39,748 bases of DNA, taken from the NCBI GenBank assembly GCA_050011075.1, contig JBEKJT010000001.1, positions 1 through 39,748 on the forward strand, written 5' to 3'. Shown here in pieces: positions 32,454-39,748 of the stretch (position 1 is the stretch's first letter; each line of letters opens with the position of its first letter). This DNA is from Thermoplasmata archaeon. Lineage in GTDB: Archaea > Thermoplasmatota > Thermoplasmata > Lutacidiplasmatales > UBA184. The position numbers were made by a program, and so were the translations under genes. The notes under the pieces are model-generated. The model did no database searches. It was not told where the DNA came from and was given only the letters and a program-made list of their open reading frames with translations.

Positions 32454-33206
32454 ATGGGAAGCGTAGGAGCGAAAGACGTGCCCGTTCTGCTGAGCCCCGA
32501 AGGCCTGCGGATCGACGGGCGAAAACTCGACGAGCTGCGACCGATCCACATTCGGGCCGGTGCGCTCCACCAGGCCGACGGGTCGGCGTTCGTCGAATGG
32601 GGAGCCAACAAAGTGATGGCGGCCGTCTACGGTCCGCGCGAGGTCCATCCCCGGCATCTCCAGCAGAACAACAAGGCCGTCATCCAGTGCCGCTACAACA
32701 TGGCGGCGTTCGCGGTCGACGAGCGCAAGAGACCGGGCCTCGACCGCCGGTCCCAGGAGATCTCGAAGGTGATCGCGGAGGCGTTCGAGTCGGTCGTGTT
32801 CGCCGAGGAGTTCCCCCGGACGAGCATCGACATCTATATCGAGGTCCTCCAGGCGAACGCCGGCACTCGTTGCGCGGGTCTGGTCGCGGCCTCGGTCGCG
32901 CTCGCGGACGCCGGGATCCCGATGGTCGACCTCCTGCCCGCGGTCGCGGTCGGGAAGATCGGCGGGGCGATCGCCCTCGACCTGCGGAAGGAAGAGGACA
33001 ACTACGGGGAAGCCGACCTCCCGATGGCGCTCGTGCCGCAATCCGGTCGGTTCGTGCTCCTCCAGATGGAGGGCCACATGACCGAGGGCGAGCTCGCCCA
33101 ATCCCTCGAGCTCGGCGTGACGGGATGCCGGGCAATCTACGAGAAAATGAAGGAGGCGCTGCGCGAGCGTTATTCGGTCACGTCGGTGCCGGGAGGTTCG
33201 GCATGA
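32454..33206 (+). CDS. rrp41: Exosome complex exonuclease Rrp41 (RNase PH domain)
   Basis: 'RIDGRKLDELRPI...ADGSAFVEWGANKVMAAVYGPRE' is present. Confidence 0.95.
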   Translation: MGSVGAKDVPVLLSPEGLRIDGRKLDELRPIHIRAGALHQADGSAFVEWGANKVMAAVYGPREVHPRHLQQNNKAVIQCRYNMAAFAVDERKRPGLDRRSQEISKVIAEAFESVVFAEEFPRTSIDIYIEVLQANAGTRCAGLVAASVALADAGIPMVDLLPAVAVGKIGGAIALDLRKEEDNYGEADLPMALVPQSGRFVLLQMEGHMTEGELAQSLELGVTGCRAIYEKMKEALRERYSVTSVPGGSA

Positions 33207-33991
33207 GCGGAGAGGTCGCGGCCGAGATCCGCACTACCCACATCCTCGACCTCGCCGCGGAGGGAAGGCGCCTCGACGGACGCGGGCCCGACGAGTACCG
33301 GAAGATCACGGTCGAACCCGGGTTCGTCGTGTCGGCCGACGGGTCGGCGCTCGTCCACCTCGGAGAAACGACGGTCCTGGCCGGCATCAAGCTCGAGCCG
33401 GGCAAGCCGTTCCCCGACACCCCCAACGCCGGCGTCCTCACGACCAACGCCGAACTGATCCCGCTCTCGAACCCGACGTTCGAGCCCGGTCCCCCGCAAC
33501 CCGGGGCGATCGAGGTCTCGCGGGTCGTGGACCGCGCGATCCGTGCCGCCGAGACGATCGACCTGACCCGCCTCTGCGTCACCCCCGAGGAGAAGTGCTG
33601 GACCTGCTTCACGGACATCCACGTGCTCGACCACTCAGGCAACCTCATCGACGCCTCGCTCCTCGCCGCGGTCAGCGCGCTCGCGCACACGACCGTGCCG
33701 GCGAAGCGCTTCGGCATCGCGGAGGCCGATTACCCGCTCGAGGTCCTTCACCTTCCGATCGAATGCACCTTCGTCCGCCTCGGCGACACGATCGTGGTCG
33801 ACCCGACGTTCGATGAGGAGCAGGCCGCGCAAGGACGGCTCACCGTCGCAACGGACGAGACCGGCCGGATCGTGGCCATGCAGAAGGGGCTGGTCGGCGC
33901 GTTCTCCCCCGACGATGTGAAGGAGATCGCCCGGCGCGCGTTCGTCCATGGCGAACGCCTGCGAGAGGCCGCGAAGGGAGGCGGACCGTGA
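33203..33991 (+). CDS. rrp42: Exosome complex subunit Rrp42
   Basis: 'RLDGRGPDEYRKITVEPG...ADGSALVHLGETTVLAGIK' is present. The ATG at 33203 overlaps the rrp41 stop (ATGA). The rest of track ORF 32597..33991 is off-gene. Confidence 0.9.
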   Translation: MSGEVAAEIRTTHILDLAAEGRRLDGRGPDEYRKITVEPGFVVSADGSALVHLGETTVLAGIKLEPGKPFPDTPNAGVLTTNAELIPLSNPTFEPGPPQPGAIEVSRVVDRAIRAAETIDLTRLCVTPEEKCWTCFTDIHVLDHSGNLIDASLLAAVSALAHTTVPAKRFGIAEADYPLEVLHLPIECTFVRLGDTIVVDPTFDEEQAAQGRLTVATDETGRIVAMQKGLVGAFSPDDVKEIARRAFVHGERLREAAKGGGP

Positions 33992-34257
33992 GCAAGCGTA
34001 CCAAGAAGGTCGGCTCGACCGGCTGGATGGGCCCGCGCTACGGGATCCGGATCCGACGGCGAGTCCTCGAGATCGACCGGGCCCGGGGGAAGGCCTCCGC
34101 CTGTCCCCGATGCTCGACGGCGACCCTCCAGCGGGTCGCGAGCGGGATCTTCGAATGCCGCCGCTGCGGCACACGCTTTGCGTCCAACGCCTACGTCTTC
34201 CAGGCGCCGCCGCCGATCACGCGCACCGAGAAGGGAACCGGGTCTGGTAACGCTTAA
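33988..34257 (+). CDS. rpl37ae: Large-subunit ribosomal protein L37Ae (eL43)
   Basis: 'KVGSTGWMGPRYG...CPRCS...FECRRCG' is the zinc ribbon. The GTG start overlaps the rrp42 stop. Confidence 0.9.
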   Translation: MSKRTKKVGSTGWMGPRYGIRIRRRVLEIDRARGKASACPRCSTATLQRVASGIFECRRCGTRFASNAYVFQAPPPITRTEKGTGSGNA

Positions 34258-34283
34258 ACCCCCCGTTCTGGTCGAGAACGACA

Positions 34284-34418
34284 ATGTTCCGGTGCATTCG
34301 CTGTGGGGAAGCCCTCCCGTCCGACGCGAACCTGTTCGGGGTCCGCTGCGACAACTGCGGCGGCAAGATCTTCACGAAGGAACACCCGAACGTCAAGAAG
34401 GTCCTGAAGGCGCGCTAG
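34284..34418 (+). CDS. rpoP: DNA-directed RNA polymerase subunit P (Rpo12), 44 aa, below the ORF-track cutoff
   Basis: My translation is MFRCIRCGEALPSDANLFGVRCDNCGGKIFTKEHPNVKKVLKAR*. It has a CxxC...CxxC zinc ribbon and sits in the canonical position after L37Ae. Confidence 0.8.
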   Translation: MFRCIRCGEALPSDANLFGVRCDNCGGKIFTKEHPNVKKVLKAR

Positions 34419-34818
34419 GCGCAGCGCCGGCGGGACCGACCGAGCTCTGGACCTCGACCCAGTTGCCGTCCGGGTCCTCGACGAAGCCGATCCAATAGCG
34501 ACCCTCCTCGAGCCACGGCTCGACCGCGACCCGCGCCCCCAGGGCCCGCAGTCGTGCGATCGTCGCTCGGGCGTCCGCGACGTCGAAGCCCAAGTGGTCG
34601 AGACCCTCTCCCGGCACGTAGGGCTTCGCGTAGGGTGAGCTCGGAGGATAGTAGTTGAGCTCGAGCTCAACCTTCGTCACCGGGTCCCGGAGTCCTACGA
34701 AGGTACCCCCGTGGCTCATCGTGCCCCGCTTGCCTTCCTCGAGACCGAGCCCCTCTACGTAGAACCGAATCGAGCGGTCGAGCTCGGTGACCCGGATCCC
34801 GACATACGTCAGCCCCAT
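34393..34818 (-). CDS. VOC/glyoxalase I-family protein
   Basis: 'YVGIRVTELDRSIRFYVEGLGL...LDHLGFDV...GFVEDPDGNWVEV' is present. Confidence 0.85.
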   Translation of the reverse strand: MGLTYVGIRVTELDRSIRFYVEGLGLEEGKRGTMSHGGTFVGLRDPVTKVELELNYYPPSSPYAKPYVPGEGLDHLGFDVADARATIARLRALGARVAVEPWLEEGRYWIGFVEDPDGNWVEVQSSVGPAGAAPSAPSGPS

Positions 34819-34914
34819 GCCACTCCTCGGTAGGCGAATCCGGCCCCCCTCCTAAAATCGTCGCCGTCCGCCGTCGTGCCAAACGTCTAAGCGAGCCCAT
34901 CGCTCGGGGCGGCG

Positions 34915-36261
34915 ATGCCGGGCCCGAGCATCACGTTCCTCGGCGGGGTCCGTGAGATCGGAGGCAACAAGATCCTCATCGAGGATGGGCCCGACCGCAT
35001 CCTCTTCGACTTCGGACCGTCGTTCTCCCCGAAGGTCGAGGAGTACTACGTCGACTACCTCCAGCCGCGGTCGACCAGCCCGGCGAAGGACCTCCTCGAG
35101 TTCGGTCTCCTTCCCCGAGTGGAGGGGCTCTACTCCCGCGAGGCCCTCGCGGACGCCGAGCTCGCGTGGAAGCCCCCCGAGGTCCAGGGGGTCTTCGTCA
35201 GTCATGCCCACGCCGACCATGCCGGGTACCTCGACCTGGTCGACCCGTCGATCCCGGTCTACGTGGGGTCGGGCACGCGGGAGCTCCTCCGGGCGATCGA
35301 GACCTCGACCCTGATGCGCTACGGGGACCACGACTGGCGCATCTTTTCCGACCGAATGCCGGTCCGCATCGGCCGCCTCGAGGTCGTGCCGTTCCCGGTA
35401 GACCACTCGATCCCGTTCGCCTATGGCTTCCTCATCCGGACCTCCGAGGGGACGATCGTCTACACCGGAGATTTCCGCCACCACGGGCCGCGCGCCGCCG
35501 ACACGCACGCGTTCTTCCGCGCCGCCGCCGAGGAACGGCCGGCCGCCCTCCTGATCGAGGGGACCCGCGCCGGCCCGGACCCGCGACGCAACCTCTCCGA
35601 GGACGGGGTCCGCCGCGAAGTCGACCGTCTCCTTGAACATCGACCTCCCCTCGCCCTCGCGTGCACGTACCCGCGAGACGTCGACCGACTCTCGACGCTC
35701 TATGCGGCCGCCCGGGCCGCCGAGCGTTCGCTCGTAGTCTCGCCCCGCACCGCCTACCTCCTGTCGGCGGTCGCCCCGATCTTCCCGGAAGGGACCGTGC
35801 CGGTGCCGGGGAAGTCCGCCGGCCTCGAGGTCTACGGCCGGAAGAAGAAGCGCACGTTCCTCTGGGAGCGACCGTTGCTCGAAGGGGCCCTCACCTCGGA
35901 CGAGGTCCGGGTCGGCGACGGAAAGTACCTCCTGGCCCTCGACCTGATGCACTTCCCCGAGCTGATCGACCTGCGGCCCCCGAAGGGGTCCCCGTTCATC
36001 CACTCGATGAGCGAGCCGTTCAGCGAGGACGACGTGGACGACAAGGTGATGCACAACTGGCTCGACCACTTCGGGCTCGCTTTCCACCAGATGCACGCGA
36101 GCGGCCACGCATCGGCTTCCGAGCTCTTCGAGATCATCCGCTCGCTCCGACCGACCGCCGTCTACCCGATCCACACCGAGCACCCCGAAGCGTTCCGCGC
36201 AGCGGTCGCCGGCGTCCGGTACCCCGAGCTCGGGGCGACGTATCCGGTCTCGGCCCGATAG
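34915..36261 (+). CDS. rnj: Metallo-beta-lactamase/beta-CASP ribonuclease (archaeal RNase J-like)
   Basis: 'ITFLGGVREIGGNKILIE' and 'VFVSHAHADHAGY' (HxHxDH) are present. The ~448-aa length is typical of archaeal RNase J, and 'HASGHAS' occurs near the C-terminus. Confidence 0.8.
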   Translation: MPGPSITFLGGVREIGGNKILIEDGPDRILFDFGPSFSPKVEEYYVDYLQPRSTSPAKDLLEFGLLPRVEGLYSREALADAELAWKPPEVQGVFVSHAHADHAGYLDLVDPSIPVYVGSGTRELLRAIETSTLMRYGDHDWRIFSDRMPVRIGRLEVVPFPVDHSIPFAYGFLIRTSEGTIVYTGDFRHHGPRAADTHAFFRAAAEERPAALLIEGTRAGPDPRRNLSEDGVRREVDRLLEHRPPLALACTYPRDVDRLSTLYAAARAAERSLVVSPRTAYLLSAVAPIFPEGTVPVPGKSAGLEVYGRKKKRTFLWERPLLEGALTSDEVRVGDGKYLLALDLMHFPELIDLRPPKGSPFIHSMSEPFSEDDVDDKVMHNWLDHFGLAFHQMHASGHASASELFEIIRSLRPTAVYPIHTEHPEAFRAAVAGVRYPELGATYPVSAR

Positions 36262-36291
36262 GTTAAGCTCCTTGGCCTCCGTGCGACCCCG

Positions 36292-36972
36292 ATGGCTTCC
36301 GACCGGCTTGCGACGGGGATCCCGTCCGTCGACCGGCTGCTGGGCGGAGGGCTCGAGACCGATTCCCTGACGGAGATCTACGGGGAGGGCGGGAGCGGCA
36401 AGACCCTCTTCTGCCTCGAGGTCGCGCTCCGGGTCGCGCGCGAGGACCGGTGGATCTTCTACGTCGACACCGAAGGAGTGAGCGTCGACCGACTGCGTGC
36501 GGTCGCGGGAGACTCGCTCGACCGGATCCTGAAACGCTTCCTCCTCTCGACCCCCAAGAACCTCGAGGAGCAGGCGCGAGCCGTGGCGACGGCGTGCGCC
36601 CTCGCCCGCGTGGGGAAGCGGCCGGTCGGCCTGATCGTCGCCGATTCCGGGACGCACTACTACCGGCTCTCGCTCTCGGGCCCGGACGAGGACGACGCGC
36701 GACAGGCGCTTGCGGTCGGGGTCGCCGACCTGGTCGCGACCGCGCTGCGCGCCCAAGTCCCCGCGATCCTGACGAACCAGGTCTGGCGGAGCGTGCGCGA
36801 CGGCACGCTGGAGCCGCTTGGCGGCTCCTTCCTGAACCACGCGGCAAAGACGATCCTTCGCTTCGACCGGCTCTCGGGGAATCGCCGACGGGTCGTCCTC
36901 GTCAAGCACCGCTCGCTCCCCGAGGGCACGGCCGACTTCCGCATCACCGGGACTGGGCTCGAAGGCCCCTAG
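36292..36972 (+). CDS. radB: DNA repair and recombination protein RadB
   Basis: 'TGIPSVDRLLGGGLETDSLTEIYGEGGSGKT' is present. The short (~225-aa) RecA-fold protein lacks the RadA N-terminal domain. Confidence 0.9.
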   Translation: MASDRLATGIPSVDRLLGGGLETDSLTEIYGEGGSGKTLFCLEVALRVAREDRWIFYVDTEGVSVDRLRAVAGDSLDRILKRFLLSTPKNLEEQARAVATACALARVGKRPVGLIVADSGTHYYRLSLSGPDEDDARQALAVGVADLVATALRAQVPAILTNQVWRSVRDGTLEPLGGSFLNHAAKTILRFDRLSGNRRRVVLVKHRSLPEGTADFRITGTGLEGP

Positions 36973-37015
36973 CGGATTGAAACGGAGATAAGGGTCCGGA
37001 CGCCTTCCCTCTACA

Positions 37016-37669
37016 ATGACCGTGGTCGACTACGCGGACGTTCCGACGCCGATCGGTACGTTCCGCGTCGTCTATCAGGGCGCAAGCGTGCGCGTCGTTG
37101 ACCTGCTCGAGAGCGGCGTCGCGCAGACCGGCCTTCCCCCCGGAGCGATCCGACACAAGCCACCGTTCCCGCAGGGAAGTCCGCCCCGCCAACTGCAAGA
37201 GTATTTTCGCGGCAAGCGGGCCGATTTCGAGGTCGAGACTGACCCGGATTCCGCCTCGGCGTTCGACCGTGCCGTCTGGAAGGCCCTGTGCGCCGTCCCC
37301 GCCGGGCGCACCCTGACATACGGGGAGCTCGCCCGACGGGCGGGCTTTCCGGGGGCCGCCCGCGCGGTCGGGGGCGCGATGCACCGCAACCCGATCCCGA
37401 TCGTCATCCCCTGTCATCGGGTCATCGGCGTCGGAGGTTCGATCACCGGCTACGGTCTCGGCCTCTGGCGCAAGCGATGGCTGCTCGACCACGAGGGGGC
37501 GTGGCCGATCCGTTCCCGATCGGCCGCCGGTCCGCGGCCGCGGGGCCAGCGGACGCTCGACTACCTCTCCGCGCCACCGGCCGGGACTCGGCGCCCCTCC
37601 AAAGTTACCACAAAGCGTAGTAGCTTCTATCCCGCCGCTTCACAACCTACTACAGCCCGCAGTATGTAA
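37016..37669 (+). CDS. ogt: Methylated-DNA--protein-cysteine methyltransferase (Ogt/MGMT) with a ~60-aa low-complexity C-terminal tail
   Basis: 'TYGELA...GAARAVGGAMHRNPIPIVIPCHRVIG' contains the PCHR active site. Confidence 0.85.
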   Translation: MTVVDYADVPTPIGTFRVVYQGASVRVVDLLESGVAQTGLPPGAIRHKPPFPQGSPPRQLQEYFRGKRADFEVETDPDSASAFDRAVWKALCAVPAGRTLTYGELARRAGFPGAARAVGGAMHRNPIPIVIPCHRVIGVGGSITGYGLGLWRKRWLLDHEGAWPIRSRSAAGPRPRGQRTLDYLSAPPAGTRRPSKVTTKRSSFYPAASQPTTARSM

Positions 37670-37712
37670 TTCGAAATCGAGCGTGCACAACCTACTACGA
37701 ATACCGTAGCTT
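37616..37712. repeat. Short-repeat cluster: CACAACCTACTAC x2 (37641-37653, 37686-37698), inverted CGTAGTAG (37616-37623), GTAGCTT x2 (37620-37626, 37706-37712)
   Basis: Read directly from the sequence. The cluster straddles the ogt stop and the start of a ~300-nt stretch with no convincing ORF. Confidence 0.6.
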
Positions 37713-37979
37713 GTCGGCAGTCTCGGAGGCGCGTGCGCGCTCATCGTGGTCTTCGGCGAGAATGCGAGCCTGTGAGTCACCAGAGGGCCATTCGAATCCC
37801 GGGGGCGGCCATGACTCGATAGAGGTCGCCGACCGTAGCGGGGGCGTCTCGTCCGAGGGTCGCCACGACCTCGAGGCGGGCCCAGCGCGGCCGACGACGT
37901 CGCAGGAATCAGCGCTCGGAGATACCCATCCGAGAAACCACCGTCCGCAAACCATTATGCGGAGCGTTCTCGTGGATTG

Positions 37980-39275
37980 ATGCACATGGTAGGAGTCCTC
38001 TCGCAGGTCCCAAATCCCGCGAGTCAAAGTTCGTTTTCTTCCGCAAGTGCGGTCCTTCGCCACCTCCCGCCGGTGCGCCTGGCGTGGATCTTACTGGCGG
38101 TTCTCGGGGGCTACGAGAGCTACTACCTCTTCGGGCTGGGCGTGACCTCACTCATCGCCCTGCCCCTCATCGCCGGAGTCGTCGACCTTGTGTTCCAGAT
38201 GGTCCGGTTCCCCCGCCTACGGTTTCCGGACGCCGCTCTCGTCACGGGGCTCTTCTTGGCGGTCATTTTCCCTCCGACCGCGCCGATCCTTCTAGCCGGC
38301 GCCTGCACCTTTGCCGCCGTCGGGCTGCGACACGCGCTGCGCTCGCAGGGTCGACCGTGGCTCAACCCGGCCGCGACGGGGGTTGTCGTAGGGGCGGTCC
38401 TCTTGGGCCTGGCTCCGGCATGGTGGGTGGGGATCGGACCGTTCGGTGAGCTCCTGATGCTCGCCCTAGGCGCCCTCCTCCTCGTTCGCAGCCCAAGTTC
38501 CTGGAGGCTACCGGTTATCTTTCTCCTGACCTACGGGATTCTCGCGGTGGTCCAGCACGTGGTCGTCGGCGCCACGACCGACCCGCGGATACTCTTCCTC
38601 CAGGTCGCTGACCCTTCCACCCTCTTCTTCGCCCTCTTTCTGATGCCGGAGCCCCGGACGGCGCCCGGAGCCTCTCATCTCAAGGTCCTCTATGCCGGCA
38701 CGGTCGGAATCTCCGCCGCTTTCTTGCCGCTCTTCCTGCCGTCCCTCGGGCTCTTCGCAGCCCTCCTCGGAGGGAATCTGCTCGCCGTCGTTCTGCGTCG
38801 TCGGCCCCATGTGGCGACTGACCGCGCGTCCGCAGCGACCCGGCCGCAGAGCGGAAGGGCCCGGCGCGCGGCGGCCCTCGCGGCTCGACCGACCCGCCGT
38901 GCTCCCAACCGGTGGCCTGTCACCTACCGGGTGACCGCTGGAATCCTGGTGCTGGTGGTACTGGTCGCGGTGGTCGGACTCACGCCGGTCTCCCCTTCCT
39001 TCGCTCCAATCGTGAAGGTGACCCCGCCAGGAGGGGGAGGAGGCGTTACCTCGGCCTGTCGGACCGACAACCCCTCCATCCCCACCTCGGAGCTCTCCGC
39101 TCTCCACAAACTCCTTGGCCCTTCGGTGATCCTTTCCTACGACTCAAGTACCGGGGTCGTGCGATTCTACGACCCGGTGAACCAAGTGACGGTCGTCGAG
39201 TCGGACCTATACGAGGACTACGGTTTCGCGGAGTTCAACGGGGACGACTACGCGGTGAGCGGCTGCTCGCCATGA
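37980..39275 (+). CDS. RnfD/NqrB-family-like polytopic membrane protein with a C-terminal extracytoplasmic domain
   Basis: 'FPDAALVTGLFLAVIFPPTAP...GRPWLNPAATGVVVGAVLL' and 'FFALFLMPEPRTAP' parallel the RnfD/NqrB motifs D.SA.vTGlLlAl.lPP, fNPA and mxTDPxTsP. The start is TTG 37977 or ATG 37980. Confidence 0.65.
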   Translation: MHMVGVLSQVPNPASQSSFSSASAVLRHLPPVRLAWILLAVLGGYESYYLFGLGVTSLIALPLIAGVVDLVFQMVRFPRLRFPDAALVTGLFLAVIFPPTAPILLAGACTFAAVGLRHALRSQGRPWLNPAATGVVVGAVLLGLAPAWWVGIGPFGELLMLALGALLLVRSPSSWRLPVIFLLTYGILAVVQHVVVGATTDPRILFLQVADPSTLFFALFLMPEPRTAPGASHLKVLYAGTVGISAAFLPLFLPSLGLFAALLGGNLLAVVLRRRPHVATDRASAATRPQSGRARRAAALAARPTRRAPNRWPVTYRVTAGILVLVVLVAVVGLTPVSPSFAPIVKVTPPGGGGGVTSACRTDNPSIPTSELSALHKLLGPSVILSYDSSTGVVRFYDPVNQVTVVESDLYEDYGFAEFNGDDYAVSGCSP

Positions 39276-39318
39276 GCAGGGGCGGTCACTGTGGTCGGTG
39301 TCGCGCCCGCGTTCATCG

Positions 39319-39337
39319 ACGCGAAACGCTTTCGCGT
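39319..39337 (+). terminator. Perfect 8-bp stem / 3-nt loop hairpin (ACGCGAAA-CGC-TTTCGCGT) downstream of the membrane-protein gene
   Basis: Seen in the sequence 44 nt after the stop at 39275. There is no long oligo-T tract, so terminator function is speculative. Confidence 0.2.
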
Positions 39338-39472
39338 AGTGGAAGCCCGCAGCCGTTCTCAATCGGGAGGATTCCCCTGCGGTCGACCGACCACTTTTCG
39401 GCTCCGGCGGGTGGGGTCTTTGAGAATCCCGTCCCATCCTAACACGAGGAGTCAAGACCGAGGAAAGCTCCC

Positions 39473-39748
39473 GTGACGTTCTCGCTGATTGGCAGCGTCG
39501 TCGACATCATCACCACAATCCTGACGACGGTCGGCTTGCCCGGTCTGTTCGCACTGATGGTGGTCGAGAGCATCGGGATACCCCCCATTCCCTCCGAGGT
39601 CGTCCTCCCGTTCACCGGCTTCCTGGTCGCCGAAGGGACGTTCTCGCTCGGGGGATCGCTCGCGGTCGCGTTGGCCGGTGGGCTGGTGGGTTCGTTCACT
39701 GCCTACGCCATCGGCCGTTGGTGGCGCGAACGCATCACCGGGCTCGGC
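39473..39748 (+). CDS. DedA/SNARE-associated family membrane protein (5' fragment, runs off the window)
   Basis: My translation from GTG 39473 is VTFSLIGSVVDIITTILTTVGLPGLFALMVVESIGIPPIPSEVVLPFTGFLVAEG... It contains the DedA 'vEs.giP.PsE' motif. It is not in the ORF track because it has no stop in the window. Confidence 0.75.
   Translation, partial: MTFSLIGSVVDIITTILTTVGLPGLFALMVVESIGIPPIPSEVVLPFTGFLVAEGTFSLGGSLAVALAGGLVGSFTAYAIGRWWRERITGLG

Noticed and set aside
34852-36909. 685-aa minus-strand ORF spanning the RNase J and RadB genes
   Set aside because: It is antisense to two genes with unambiguous motifs (HxHxDH; the RadB Walker A context) and has shadow-ORF composition.
37785-37812. 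T-loop-like string 'GGGCCATTCGAATCCCGGGGGCGGCCA', suggesting a tRNA
   Set aside because: The five nucleotides flanking TTCGAAT are not complementary (GGCCA vs CCCGG). No acceptor, D or anticodon arms can be built on either strand.
37695-38151. ORFs 37695..38063 (-), 37711..37980 (+) and 37909..38151 (-)
   Set aside because: Their compositions are not protein-like over their full lengths, and they overlap the start of the well-supported RnfD-like gene. The region is treated as a possible pseudogene or ncRNA instead (see findings).

Overview
This is a high-G+C archaeal chromosomal window. RadB, the proteasome/SBDS/exosome/L37Ae/RpoP superoperon, Trm1, an archaeal-type GlyRS and an intron-containing tRNA together point to a euryarchaeote. 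I cannot place it more precisely from sequence alone.

Most of the window (about 5.2-39.7 kb) is densely packed housekeeping DNA:
- an FecB/FecCD/FepC-type ABC importer
- UvrB translationally coupled to a LarE-like PP-loop enzyme
- an Lhr-type helicase, Trm1, a THEP1 NTPase and an Mtq2/HemK-like methyltransferase
- PurQ, MoeA, a PfkB kinase, an amidohydrolase and GlyRS
- an XRE-type archaeal regulator and a YyaL-type thioredoxin-domain protein
- the exosome superoperon, RNase J, RadB and Ogt
- an orphan RnfD/NqrB-like membrane protein and a DedA fragment

Many long ORFs in the track are Arg/Gly/Pro-rich off-frame or antisense artefacts of the high G+C content. Several true genes start well inside the listed ORF; the starts were reassigned using ATGA/GTGA overlaps and family N-termini.

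The accessory part is the left ~5 kb, which is visibly lower in G+C. It is the integrase-proximal end of an integrated element inserted at a tRNA-Trp gene. One operon holds three small translationally coupled ORFs plus a tyrosine recombinase. A divergent four-gene cargo operon holds a CopG/RHH protein, a PH/GRAM-like protein, a 308-aa protein and a beta-class SPPY DNA methyltransferase. The 308-aa protein has an N-terminal module I know from COG3183-type HNH restriction enzymes but has no HNH domain. The methyltransferase carries an extra AbrB/SpoVT-like N-terminal domain. This operon is my best candidate for an undescribed restriction/defence-type system.

The second notable object is tRNA-Trp(CCA) itself. 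It carries an 88-nt intron that looks like a box C/D guide RNA. The boxes are non-canonical but mutually compensating (GUGACGA / CGGA, each present twice), and the guides pair with the anticodon arm of the host tRNA.

No rRNA genes or CRISPR arrays were seen.
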